The position numbers and the translations under genes are program-made. From Styela clava (Eukaryota), in NCBI RefSeq assembly GCF_964204865.1, contig NC_135263.1:14384001-14448000 (forward strand): DNA of 64,000 nucleotides. Direction: 5' to 3'. A model generated the notes under the pieces. That model did not search any database. It was not told where the DNA came from and worked only from the letters and a program-made list of their open reading frames with translations. Within the stretch, counting starts at the first letter, position 1; each line of letters opens with the position of its first letter. Of this stretch, positions 40,401 to 53,216 are shown one piece after another.

Positions 40401-41088
40401 TTTCTCGAATAATCAATATGTAATGTGAGTAATGATAGTTTGCACCAAACTTTAATTTGATTAGTTCGTTGACAAAATAACCAAAGAAAACCAAATATAA
40501 AAAAAAACGAATAACCAAAAGAGATTTTCAATGTCCTCGTTGGCAGCGACACATTTCGCATGCTATTACAATCAGCTGCTGTGGGGCTTTATCTTATGGC
40601 ATTATGGATTGCAACCTATTGTATGTATTCATGCACCACGAGACATTGGCTGACATTATAGGCTTTGAACAAATAACATGTAGAGACTTAGTTGTCACTA
40701 GAGACTAAATGATGTTAATATCACAATATTTTATTACATATATTTTACACTTATTGTAAGTAACTTCATCAAAAGCCGTTTTTGAGTTTCTGAGAGTTAT
40801 TTTGAAAACCCTAACTCTAACACACTTATTATATCATAGGTATGTATATCTAATTGGCTGTACATGCATATGACTTGGCAGTATTTGTACATCACCAAAA
40901 TGGCTGCATTTGGATATTAATTGGCTGTATATGGATATTTAGTTGGCGCTATATGTATATTTTCGGCTGTATATGTATATCACGTTACCAACCACACTCT
41001 TGGCGATTACACATTTGTAATGATGAAAACATTGCAAAATTGTACAATGTCTTGACGCCGGGTAGACAGGGCAGGCTATAGTATAGGG

Positions 41089-41860
41089 CAGGGGTGGGCA
41101 CACCGCGGCTTTTTGTGCGGCTCTCCTCGCTAAAATAAATTATTACCCAAATTTTAACTAAGAGAAAAACTTTAATGTAAACTCATTTAATTTATTAAAA
41201 GTCGTAAAGAAGTTTTCGTCAATGATTAGGACAAATTATGTTTCAGTATGAAAATCGCTGTAGCGTTGAATTCTGAATTTAAGTCAGTCAAGTCAGCAAA
41301 TCTTTCGTCACAATGGTCAATGTTTATTGATGCGTCGGCGGTTTTGCAGCTTGATTGCGGTTAGTTAGTTTAAGTTACTGTGCGATATGTCCTCAATTGA
41401 AAAACGAAAGTACGAAGATGAAAACAGAGTTGTCAAGTCAGAATGGGAAAAAGAATACGCATTTACCAGTCAGGAGAATGGACCTTTGTGCTTAATCTGC
41501 TAAAACCTACTAAGTGAGAATAAAGTCAGCAATGTTGAACGGCACCATGAAACGAATCATGAAAACTTCTTACGAGACTACCCTCGTAAATCAGCTATAA
41601 GAAAACACAGATTAAATGAGCTCAAATTGTGCATAAATTTGAGCATAGCTGCCTGCATCATTTATTTATTGTTATTATACTCTTGTGTGAATTTCTTTTC
41701 TGTTCATGGCATTTTAATAATAAAGAGGCGAAGAAGAAGAATTTCTTTAAAAAAAAAATAAAAAAAATTTAATAATAAAATAAATTACGAATTCTGCGGC
41801 TCTTTTAAAGTTCTGATTTGCAGCATGCGGCTCTTACACAAAAAATTGTGCCCACCCATG
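41089..41860 (+). mobile_element. Internally deleted SPIN/Buster (GTF2IRD2-like) hAT transposon
   Basis: TIRs caggggtgggcac / gtgcccacccatg; perfect 8-bp TSD gtataggg; remnant from ATG 41387: MSSIEKRKYEDENRVVKSEWEKEYAF...LCLIC*...NVERHHETNH (zinc-finger N-terminus with a stop). Confidence 0.85.
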
Positions 41861-42818
41861 GTATAGGGTGTCAGTGTGAGAATAATCTTGTTATTTTAGT
41901 TAGATTTTACTGTTATTTTTCAAATTTATAATATGAATAACCAGTGAAGTCAGATTCCTTAAAATTATAAGATGTCACAACCTGCTTAGTTACTGGACAT
42001 AACTAAGTTAAATAGCCCTAAGCCATTTCTTAATGACAAACCAGTTTTAATATAATTTATCTATGCTCCATACTTGATTAGTACATTTACATCTATTAGT
42101 AATTAGTATATAAGCTACCCAATATTAATGATTGTGATCCTATCCGGTTGGATCATTCTATTGTATCGTTGACAATAAAGACATTGCCTCGTTAACGTGT
42201 GTCGGACAGACTGGGGGATCGGCGCAGGCGTCAGAGTGGTATTCGTCGTCTGACAACAAAGGAAACATCCTCAATCAAACATTAGCCAGAATATACGTTC
42301 TTGGTTATATTAGTACAGTTATAAAACAGCTCAAAAGCTCTAAAATTTTAGCTATTAATATAAAGCATATTCTGAAATATAGATTTATCATTTTGACCTG
42401 GTAAACTGCGCAAGGAGTGAAGAGGTACACTTTTCTCGGTATGTCCTACCTCAACGACTTATTAATAATTACACAGTTGAGGCCGGAAGCGTTTCTAGAA
42501 ATCATTAGCAGCCATAAAAACAAAATAAATAGTGTCGTTTTTCACCATACGCGAGCAGTTATTTAAGTGGGGAAAACGACCTTGCGACAAATCATAATTA
42601 TCGCTATTACGGTTAAAAATGTACAAATTTATTTTCTGCCTTCGGAATTTTCAGGATTTAAGAAATTTGTTTCAAGTAAAGATGTATTTAAAAACACTTA
42701 AGATACAAATACAATGTGCATAGAATTTACGATAAAAATGCTGCTTTTACTTCACATTTTGCAGGCATTGATGCAAAATCCCGGATATTATTATGAAATA
42801 AAAACTATTAGTTAAAAT

Positions 42819-45727
42819 ATGGGAAGACAGGAATTGGTCAGCCGATTCCTAAAGAACCTCTGGTTCTTTATCTCTTGTTTACTTTCCGAGTGGAGAGAAG
42901 ATATCAAGATTTATTTTCGTAACAAAAGAATCGAGGGTATGTTTTTCTGTTACTGATATATTTTGTTTTTAGTGAAGTTACGAAATTATATTACAACGAT
43001 ACCATACAGAATCTTATATAGAATGAGGTGCCTTTTTTTACTAAGGTTTCATTCATTTCTAACCCTAGTCAATTTGTTCAATTTAAAAAAAAAGATTTAT
43101 CTGACTGACCCATAGATTGTAGGAGTCATTGCAAAGTTCGAGCAGTATCCATCAATTATATTTCAGCATTGACTATATATATACGTATATATATATTTTT
43201 TTGTCACTGATATATTATGAAATACAGATTAGTGTAACTAGACGTAATGTGAATTTAATTCCATTCTACAATATATTAACATAACTTACTTTACCACATA
43301 ATTTAAGTAAGTTGTGAATTTTTTAACCCCTTTTCAAAAAACGCAGAACAGTTTACTTTACAAGCCAAAGCTTTATCAGGACATTAGTTTTCCAGCTTTC
43401 GGGAACTTTGATTTGATTCCTTTTACTTACAATTTGGACTCTGCAGAAATCTGTGCTCTCAAGTATGTCGTCGACAGTGCGTGATTTACCACTGATTGTT
43501 GTTGCCTATTCCTGTGAATTCGTTACTGCATATATCAGTATAACCTTTACCCAGAGGTGGGATTCAGCCGGTTCGCACCGGTTCTATAGAACCTTCTCAC
43601 GGAATTTTATGAGATCAGCGAACCGGTTAGCATTACTGGTTACTGTCAATATTTTGTTTGTAACAGAACCGGCTGAAAAATTTAACTTTTGTGAGGGAAC
43701 CGACTGACAAAAAATTTGAATCCCACCACTGCCTTTACCTCAAAATACACAATAAAAACAACTAGCCTACTGGATCAGGAATGTTCAACCCGCGGCCCAA
43801 TAGGAAAACTTGTGCGGCCCGCGGAGAAGCGCCAATTTTGAATGGCGTGCGGCCCGCGAAACCAGTTTTTGATTTAATCTAGTATGTGCGAGTAATTCCA
43901 ATTTTTTTGCGTTGCAATGCCTACGTCTGAGCTTGTGCAAAGCGAACAACGCATGTCACAAGATCGATAACCAAAATTTCTGTGTCTAGAACTACTAGAA
44001 AGCCTAACGCTAAGTAAATATGCGGCCCGCGGTTTCATACAGTTATTTGTATCTGGCCTCGTGTATTGTAGGTCGCACATCCCTGTATTAGAGTATAGTT
44101 CAATATCTTTAATATAGCTCTTGTGCGAGTATCACTTTTGGCAACTTAAAATCGGATGCGCAAAGTAATGTCCATTTATCCACAGAAAAAAGCGAGAAAT
44201 CACTTGATCCATCCACAAGGAAGGGCAGAATATTACAGACGACTGGCGTTGATTACCGAAGGCAGACAATCATGACGTAAGTTGTTCTGTAATCGAGATA
44301 AATTTAAACCACTCCGACTTCCGAACCGGACTCGATAAAATATTTTAATGTGAATAATAATAATAATTATGTTTAATACTTGTTTCCGGGTAATACTCCA
44401 ATGCAAGAACATATTTTTTGGTTTAGGTCAGTAGCGGCTATAAAGTCATTCGCAAAGTCAGTTTTTGTTATCGACATGTCTCGTACTGCAGTTATCGGGG
44501 GTGATGCTCCAGATACCAAAGTTATTGATTTCAAAACTAAAAAGCAAACAAGGTATGTAGAATATTGGGATGCAGATGGTGTTTCTTTGAGTTTGCAATT
44601 TTAATTAAGAATTCAAAATAGGTGTCTCACATACGGAAAGGTTTCAAGATTTACAAATGACATAGCCATTATTTTTTCGTTTTGTATGCACGTATTTCAA
44701 CCTTAAAACTTACAATGATGTGCTTTTTCTTATCATTTTTTGTTGTGTTATTTTCATATTTTTCAGTGTATTCAAATACATGAAGAAGGGAAGACCGCTC
44801 GTATTGAACTTAGGATCCTGTTCCTGACCTCCGTACATGGCTGACATGCTGGTTTGATATAAAAAATATTTTGCAATACATTACTGCTCCATCCACTTTT
44901 GCAACAATCGCCCTACTAGCAATTGTAACAAATTTCCAGTATGCTACCTGTTAAAATTTAGGTAACACAAATGGGTCTTGTCAACCATCGGTTCAAGGCC
45001 TATTACGTAACCTTGAAAATAACGGAAACTTACCAGATAAAAGCGTGCGTTTAGGACTGATAACTGAGTCTTATTGTTGATAATATATATATTATCCAAT
45101 TTTTGTTGCAGTTTTTCAAAGACATTGTCAGCAAATACGGAGACAGAGCAGATTTTGTTAATATTTATATCGAAGAAGCCCACCCAATTGATGGATGGAA
45201 GATGAATAAAAACGAGTAATATTTGGAATTATCTGTTTATTGAATACTAAATGGGCTTTGAAATCATTTTGCTAGAATAATGTTGCGGGGAGATGAACCG
45301 TAGGACATGCTCTCTCCGAGAACCGTAAAACAAATCTCTTCCAAACTTGAATATATTTTTTTCGCATTTTTAAGCTTTAAATCCTAGCTTTCTCAACTTT
45401 TCTTTCTTCGAAATCAATTATCAATTCTAAATTGATATACCCATATCAACTCATTTATTTATTGTGTATAGGTATGCTTTGTATCAACATGTTTCCATGG
45501 ATGATCGTCTGAGAGCTGCAGGTGTATTTCAAGAAAATATCGACCTAGATTGTCCGTTACTCGTCGACGTGATGGGGGATGACACTAATCGAGCTTACGG
45601 TGCTTTACCAGAAAGATTGGCCATTATTCAGGATGGTAAAGTCAAGTATATCAGCGGAATTGGACCTTACATGTATAACATGGATGAGATGGAAACGGCA
45701 CTTGTAAAGATAATCGCGAGGAAATAA
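42819..45727 (+). CDS. dio: Iodothyronine deiodinase (selenoprotein; TGA at 44825-44827 = Sec), 259 aa
   Basis: Exons 42819-42936, 44186-44276, 44427-44552, 44767-44851, 45112-45215, 45472-45727, all GT-AG and phase-consistent. Family motifs GGDAPD, GRPLVLNLGSCS-U-PPYM, ADFVNIYIEEAHPIDGW, QH.S.DDRL.AA, VDVMGD....AYGALPERL, GIGPY.Y. SECIS present downstream. Confidence 0.95.
43552..43731. mobile_element. hAT-type MITE in deiodinase intron 1
   Basis: TIRs cagaggtgggattc / gaatcccaccactg; perfect 8-bp TSD cctttacc. Confidence 0.85.
43776..44085. mobile_element. Older hAT (Charlie-like) MITE in deiodinase intron 1
   Basis: Imperfect TIRs caggaatgttcaacc / ggtcgcacatccctg, repeated gcggcccgc subterminal motifs, degenerate TSD tactggat / tattagag. 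Confidence 0.65.
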
Positions 45728-46291
45728 CTATTGCTTAACATGAAGTATCGTTCGTTGTATGGAAGTCAACTTAGTCATCTGATTAGTCACGGATTTGAAT
45801 ATTTGTTATTCATTTCCATACCTAGGCTGAGCAAAAGATGTAATTACTTATATGCTCAAAATGCCGTATCAGCGGGAAAATTCAATCATTTTTTAATTCA
45901 AATAATTTAACTCAGCTTTCAGCCCGGGTAGCGAATTCGATATGTATGAATCACATTTAAAGGGATTTAAATTTGTACTGTCTGCTTGTCTATCGACTTG
46001 GTTTGAACGTATGCGGGACATATAAAACTTACTTTGAACAATTGGGGAACATAAAAATGAATACAAATAAGTTTTAAATTATATGATATATTAATGTAAT
46101 TATTAGCAACAATCAAGTCGATAGTTGGTGCGTAGTCCCATACGATATATCTATACATTTATGTCGTTTTTGGAACGTGGCACATCAACGCCCATGGTCA
46201 ACTTACTACCTATTGCATCCGAGACAACAGAAGCAGATTTATTCACGCATATGTGTGCATGTTAATGCAAAATCATTTTTTTTTTTGTATA

Positions 46292-46367
46292 TGCGGCCTG
46301 GCAGCTGATGATGGATCGTTTAAAACCAAATGGAGAGAACGTGTCTTGAATGTTATGCCAGACTGCA
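46292..46367 (+). promoter_or_regulatory. SECIS element (type II) in the deiodinase 3'UTR
   Basis: Helix I tgcgg-c-ctggca / tgccag-a-ctgca; ATGA (46308) ... TGAA (46347) core; helix II ggatcgttt / gaacg-t-gtct; unpaired AAAA 46322-46325 plus mini-stem cc-aaat-gg. Confidence 0.9.
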
Positions 46368-46506
46368 AGAAAAAGTGAGACAAAGGAATCTTTAAACATT
46401 CTTGTTGCGTTATTTTATTTTCTTCCTCGGGGAGGCATCACAACGATCGTGCATCTGCTACAGAGCTGATACTGTTTAAGTTTTCCTGTCTTATTGCGTA
46501 ATTGGA

Positions 46507-46512
46507 AATAAA
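46507..46512 (+). terminator. Candidate polyadenylation signal of the deiodinase mRNA
   Basis: First AATAAA downstream of the SECIS. Confidence 0.5.
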
Positions 46513-47822
46513 AGTGCTTGAAATTGATATTGTTTTTAATATTATACAATATCAATACTACAAAAGTGTACAACAAAATAGTATTTGAGATTAATTCATG
46601 TTCTATTCCAGAATTAGCTTTATCTAATTTCCCTGAATATTAATATTCAGACAGATCGGGTAATTAAATGATTGTGTTGGAACATTGCCCGAGGGCGGGT
46701 ACTTATCTCATCTTTGAGAATCGTAGTGGCTACGCAAGTATTAGAACGTACTAAGGTACTTTCGCTAAGTATTCAACAGGCAGATACACAATAATGCTAT
46801 ACAGTGTAGTAAATATAGCTCATATTATTGTATGCAGGGCATGGTTTAGATGTTAAATCGTCTTACGAATGTGTTTCCTGAAGCGACTGGTGACAAGTCT
46901 GTTCAGTTAAATTTAAGTCGGAAAAAGTATAAGTTAGTTTTGAGCTATAGGAAGGATAGAGTACTCGTGGGTTTAGTTTCAACAGGGGAATATTATATCG
47001 AAAAAAATGTGTCACTGACCGCATTACAGAGTCTCAGCTATATCCATTCGTGTCATTTTATGAAGAAGTTTGTCAGGAACTTCCTGGTAAAGGCCAAAAC
47101 CATGTTTTATTGATACCGATTGAATTTTTTGAACATGAAAACAATGAATCCAGACACGATCTAATGTAAAAAATGAAAGCCAAGTATATGCAACAAACTA
47201 TATTCCTTCCACCAGAGTTACAATGAGATAGACTAAATAAGACGAATCAAGCGATAAAATGCTTACTGGTAACAAGAAAATTGGGATATCGGGTAATCAT
47301 GCTAGGCCGACAAGCACGGCTACACATTCGGGGGAGAATAAAATGAAGGGATTGTCAAAAATTCGCACCATTTAATATTTATTCACCTGGAATTTGGTAG
47401 ACATTTGTATAAAACAAACCACTATTGGCGTATCGGACAGAAAGGACTGTTGTTGAAATATGTGACGGGATATTATTTTTTATTTAAACACTACGCTTAG
47501 AGATAAAAACAAAAAATATTTGTGAAGCTGTCAACTATATTCGATATCAGTTAAAGAATGAATACGTACATGTCTGTATCATAAACGTAGGCATAGTATG
47601 GTGCATGTATTTTGATCTTGAGATTGAAATCAAAATTTTCGTTTCCAGTACATGATAATTTTACCAACTTCTGAATTATATAATATGTTATCGAACAATA
47701 ATTGAATGGTGTCATATTTTTGAAGTAGTTCTAGCTGCTTGCATATAAACTATGACGCAGTGAGATGAGCTCGGGTACTGCTTTTAACTGCTTCTTTTTA
47801 CTGTATAAAAACTAAGGATTAT

Positions 47823-50800
47823 ATGGTCGACAGATTGGAAGGAAATGAAAATCCATCGAGTAGCTCGTTGGAGGATATATCACATTGGAATATGCAAAGT
47901 TTCATAAGATCGTTCGGAAAATTCAAAAACCGTGTTTTACGTATTATAGTGACAAAGAAAGTTCTGTTTATTATATGTTTAATCATTACTTGGATGTATA
48001 TTAAAGAACCATGTGCGGCACAAATATCAAAGGTTTGTTTGGATACATACTAAATATAATGAATAACTTCTACTAAAGAGAGAGCATACTAACATGAATT
48101 TAATAGGGCAGCTAGACTTCACTGTAACGAATTCAAATGCAGTTGCTGTGAACATTCTTTTGAATCTGTCGAAACCTCCAAATATTTCGGCCCCTCACGA
48201 AGGAAATGATTTTGCCAGATTTAACACAACAAAACTCGCAGCAAAGTGTTGCCAATACGTTTTCAATTTATGTCTGTATTATACAAACTGTTTCTCTTCT
48301 TATATCAGCAATTTCTTACCTCATTTTCTTAGCAGCAAAGATTTTGATACGGCATTATATATTACAGGATTTCACCAACAGTTCCATTCAGTATGAAAAC
48401 AATGTAGGACATTCGCAATCCAATCGTATAGATAAATATCAATTTCTTAGAGGGCGTCAATATTCTTCCAATATAAACAAAAACAGTTTTATGAGAAAGA
48501 AGACAAACAGAAAAAATGAAGAACAAAATGGCATTGACGCAAGTTTATCATCAAAACTTATTACTCACGTTGTCGACGACAACATTCCAATTCAACAAAA
48601 AGAAATTGACACCGTCGTTTCCAATGAAAAACTGCCTGTAGTCAAATCAAATTTTAACTGTCCGGTTCCCATAGCTGAAGACTGGACAATGACTGTGAAA
48701 CCAAAGTTTGTTTTAAACTCAAAAAGGTACGAAAACACATCACGTTTTCATCACTATTTTATATATATATATACTATATACACATTTTTATCTTTTTCAA
48801 TCCGAGTGCCTTTGACATTAAATTGAGCGCAGGCCACTCGGTGATAATAACTGTAAAACTAGAGTCGAAACTCATCATGCGATTGTACTTGGTGTTGTTT
48901 CCGGCTATACCTCATATACACAAGACTTCTCATTATTGGTATTTAAGAACATGCAGTTTCTTAGACCTGAGTGGATCTCCTGGTAAATATGGAATAGAAG
49001 GTTATTTAACAAAGACGTGGTTTAAAGTTAGATACGTATCCCAGAGTCGAACTCACGATTTCTGAACAGTATCATCCAGTGACTCGTCATTCAATGTAAA
49101 TTTATTCAATTTTTTTCAATTTCATCAATTACTATTTTAAAGATATTTATTTCCAATTCTTACGAACGGACCTAACAATCAACTTGATGGATTATGGGAA
49201 TCAATTTTTCTTGCGATTAGGCTAAACAGAACGCTAGTTATGCCACATTTTCATACACACCGGGTTGGAAGGTAAGATTTATTGCATTTGTGAATTCGTC
49301 AAAGTGAGTATTTGTATTGTAATGAAGAATCTTTCTGACAATTTTTTCTTCTCATTAGTGTTCCTTGCCAATATCATTGCTTAAAATGAACTGACAACCT
49401 ACTTGTCCTTCACTGTTTTGTTCTATATAAGGCCTTACGAGTCTTTAATACACGACTCGATAATATAACTTAGTATATATATTATCAGAAACACAAGAGA
49501 GCAGTGCCCAAATAAATGGACACACAAGCCCAAACAAAGTGGTATTAAACATTTCACAGTACCGGTAGTCTGACCACCAGATCCCTGAGACGCGATCACG
49601 GAATTACGGCGCGACAACACAATAACTAGACAAAGTAACCCTGTAGTGTGTGTACCAGGTTAGAGTTAGGCCCTAGTTTTATACCGATTTTTTTTATTTT
49701 ACTTCTATTACGAGTGCGGGGACTGTCTGTATATATTAGCCAAGTGAATATACCCCCTGCCCCCGTGGATATAGGTTTCAGTCCCTTTACACAACTTGAT
49801 GTAAAATAGGCGAACAAAATTAGTTATCTTCATATTGGTACACACACTTCTGGAGCGCCCAAAACGATCTATACGTCCATTTCGTGTCCAATGGAAACAC
49901 CGGGCAGCGGAACGGTAAGAAACGAACATCACGATTTGTTAAGGTCATTAAACACTTGCGGCGCTATTGGGTATTATAACGTCATATGGTAACATTCACA
50001 AGTCCTGATTAAGAGATTAGTACATATTTATATAGTGTATATATAAAGCTCATGGCGTTTACTTCAACACTTCAAATCGTGATTATATTATTCTCTGGGT
50101 AAGTGGTTGTGGTTTGCTTTGAGAGCAAACTCTAATAGGACTTGGGTGATAACTGTCGAGATCACAAACACCTGTCTGTTGTATAGTCCAGCTGTCGTGA
50201 TGATTTGTTGTTTGACTTGTTTTTCATTGTATTCCAATACCAGTTCAGACAAACCAATGCGGGACGTTCCAGTGGAATGGAGGACAGACATTAATATGAT
50301 TCGTAAATTAGTTTCTGTGATACCATCCAGCAAGATGCATTCACACTGTAATGGAAAAATAAATGCTGTATTTCTAACGAGAGAAGCAAATAATACTCGC
50401 CATTGGTAAGTGGTTTATATTATCTTTAAAATTAAAATCTTATTTTAGGGCAAAATATCGACTGCCAATTGTAATATTAAAACAACGTAGTAGTCATTGC
50501 AAAACAGATTTATTTATTTTGATAAATTCTAGAGACAATTAAGATTGATTAAAATTATTGAGGTAAGAAATAATTGAAATGTTTGTGATAATAGGTCAAG
50601 GAATATTAGTGATAATTTTGTGAAAACGAGAGAGCAATACTCAAAACAACTTTTTTACTCATAATTCCTCAAAAATCATATTCTGAACGAAGCTTGAACT
50701 GTGGAACAGCTATCATACCTTAACTCACCAGTGTCGGTACCAGGAGGGTACCCAGACTGTTCTAGCTTTCCCGGGTCCGGGGACACTGATGATTAATATA

Positions 50801-53216
50801 ACCAGTCTCAACGTGAATCGCAATACCAAATGATTCGAGTCCCAACTGTTGTATCAAATATTTTACGGTACCGGTAATTTACCTATTTACAGTACCTAAT
50901 CTATCAAATAACTTCCGCTGGGCACAAGAACGCTGAACGCGATCACAGAACCGTCACATGGTGCGCAATAATTTTGATGCCGTCAAGACACAAAAATTTG
51001 AAGTAAAAAATTTCAGAAATTTGAGAAACAAATAAAAGAAATATCGACAACAATAATCGTTACCCACTATAAGTTCTAAAGCAATTGGTTCATAGGTAAA
51101 TAGGTAAGCGATTTGTTTACAACAACAACAACAAGATGCACAACGACCAAATAATAACAAAACGATCCATAGGTCCACCTCGTGTCCAAAAAGCATATTC
51201 AAATTGGGTTATCAGACCAATGCCAATTCCGGAAATCGCTTGGATGGCCCCGAGCGTGATGGCACGATGATCTGATAGGGAAGGTTCTATTGAAAGCGTA
51301 CGATTTTGAGTGTTTCTTGTTTTTGCAGTTCTCTTTTGCATGTCGGTCGCGAGTTGAACATGAGTATAATTGCTCCGGGACTACAAGAAGGGAGTAAATG
51401 CTACAAAACTCGATCTCGTCTCTTCGATCGTCGCGTTATAACATTTCCGAAATACAAATTCTCTGGCTTTTTGCACCCCAAACCTGATATCGAAAGTCTC
51501 CAGAAAGCATACGGAACAGAAGAAAAATGTGCAATATTTCCGTTTCCCTGGCAAACTATTGAGTGTAAGTAATATTTTCTTCAAACACATACTACTTTCA
51601 TTTGCCCTTGTTCACTCTAAGTAACTGATATTCGTATTGTGCTAACAGTGGGTCGCCGTCGCACAATACCTGATTTTAACTTCAAGGATACCAGAGCATT
51701 ATCTCACAGAGACTTATTTCCTCTGGTGATTGGAACAGCAAACCTACCTCCATTTACTAAACAAATTGCAGAAGATTTGCTTAGAACGTGGAAAGAAGAT
51801 TCTACAACAAAGCTAGTGTGTGTACATTGGAGATTTGATCCGGATGATTGGCAACGAAGTAAACAAATTTGAATGAAAAATAAATTTCTGTTTACAATCA
51901 TGAAACTAATAAGAAATGCCTACTATTTCATATTTAAGGATATATAAAAAAATTTGCCTTATCTTAATAGTTTTGTCAAAGTTTTGGATTGCCGTAACTA
52001 ATTCCATGTCAGACAGGCTATACTGTGCCATAAACATCATTTTAAAACATAAGTCAATATCGATACCAGACAAGCTATTCAATAAATATTCTGCATGTTC
52101 AGTTTCCAAAATGGGTTTGCTTTCAATAAAACTGTATACTTGATATATAATTTTCATTTGAAAACTTCGGTTTGTGTTTAATTCTAATCTTCAAGTCTCG
52201 ATCCACCTAACAAATCTGCATTTAATATATTTTCATATGTGATAAGAGTGTTTGAAAAAGCATTTTTCATCGAATTAACAAAAATATTGCTCTACGTTAG
52301 GTTCGATGAATAATGAGGAAATTTTTTTAAGCTTGCCGAAAAGAATCTCAAGGTCTGCGTGCAAAAAAGTGTGCTGATGTGGCTGAAATCAAACCATTGA
52401 ACATAGCTCGAGCTATAGCACATAAAGTTGAACAAATTGTAAAAACAGGGAATGAGAAAAGACCAATTGCATACATTGCAGCTCCTCCAGCATCTACGAA
52501 AACTTTGAAAACGGTATGAGTTTGACTCCAGGAACATTTTAATATCAATGTTACTGATTAGAATTACTGGTGATATAAAGAATATAAATCTGTTAGAAAT
52601 AATTGCAAATTATTGCACCAGGTTAAACAAATACTACTGACAAAATGGACAATAAAGGCGTTCATTTCTGAAGATTTGATGAAGAGTTTTCGCAAGCAAT
52701 ATAAAAAATGTGAATACGATATCAGGGAAAACAACGAAATCGTATCTTTGATTGAAATGCAGGTAACGAGTATGAATATTTGCATGGCTCATTTTTGATT
52801 ATAGACTGTTCGTTTTCCATTTTACAATCCAATCACATCAATGTACTGGTATATTCAATACCATATTTTTTTTATTTGAAATACAATTTTATTAGCAGCC
52901 TATCAGTGACTTCGGAACCGAAAATGATTTCAAGTCACGTATGATAATTATTCACAGTGCAGATAATATTAGATATATTTTCATTCCAGTTATGACGTTT
53001 ATACAAAAATTGAAATTTTCCCTTTTTGTTACATAGTCTACCAACAATTAAAACCACTATCTTGTGTTTTAGATTTCTATACTCGGAGACAGATTCATGT
53101 ACTCTTCGTCATCCTCGTGGTCAAACAATGTCAGAGTATACAGACAAAAAGGTCGCTATGATACTGATGTACTCAATGATATTGTTGCACTTAAATCCGG
53201 AAGTAACTCTCAGTAG
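47823..53216 (+). CDS. GDP-fucose O-fucosyltransferase-family (O-FucT, POFUT-like) type-II membrane protein (~590 aa)
   Basis: 9 phase-consistent exons: 47823-48032, 48368-48726, 49143-49271, 50244-50405, 51329-51564, 51649-51858, 52332-52513, 52622-52762, 53073-53216. TM VLFIICLIITWMYI; motifs NGPNNQL...LAIRLNRTLVMP, VCVHWRFDPDDWQRTC, AYIAAPP, SLIEMQISILGDRFMYSSSSSWSNNVR. Confidence 0.85.
48960..49090 (-). mobile_element. Possible degenerate tRNA-derived SINE fragment
   Basis: Minus-strand B-box-like tcgtgagttcgactc (49044-49058); no clear A box or cloverleaf. Confidence 0.25.

Larger units (their letters stand above)
37852..40999. mobile_element. Mutator-like foldback element with long degenerate TIRs and nested insertions
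   Basis: Ends gatagggttggtaccgtg... and ...cacgttaccaaccacactc are inverted; 37871-37985 is the reverse complement of ~40843-40950 (atatacagccaa minisatellite); 38400-38428 mirrors 40765-40792; 9-bp TSD ttggcgatc / ttggcgatt. Confidence 0.7.

Noticed and set aside
26602-53216. Functional link between the O-FucT gene and the neighbouring EGF or TSR-like proteins
   Set aside because: The EGF lacks the POFUT1 site C2-X4-S/T-C3 (it reads C-SQY-C) and the array protein lacks C-x-x-S/T-C; adjacency alone is not evidence in an animal genome.
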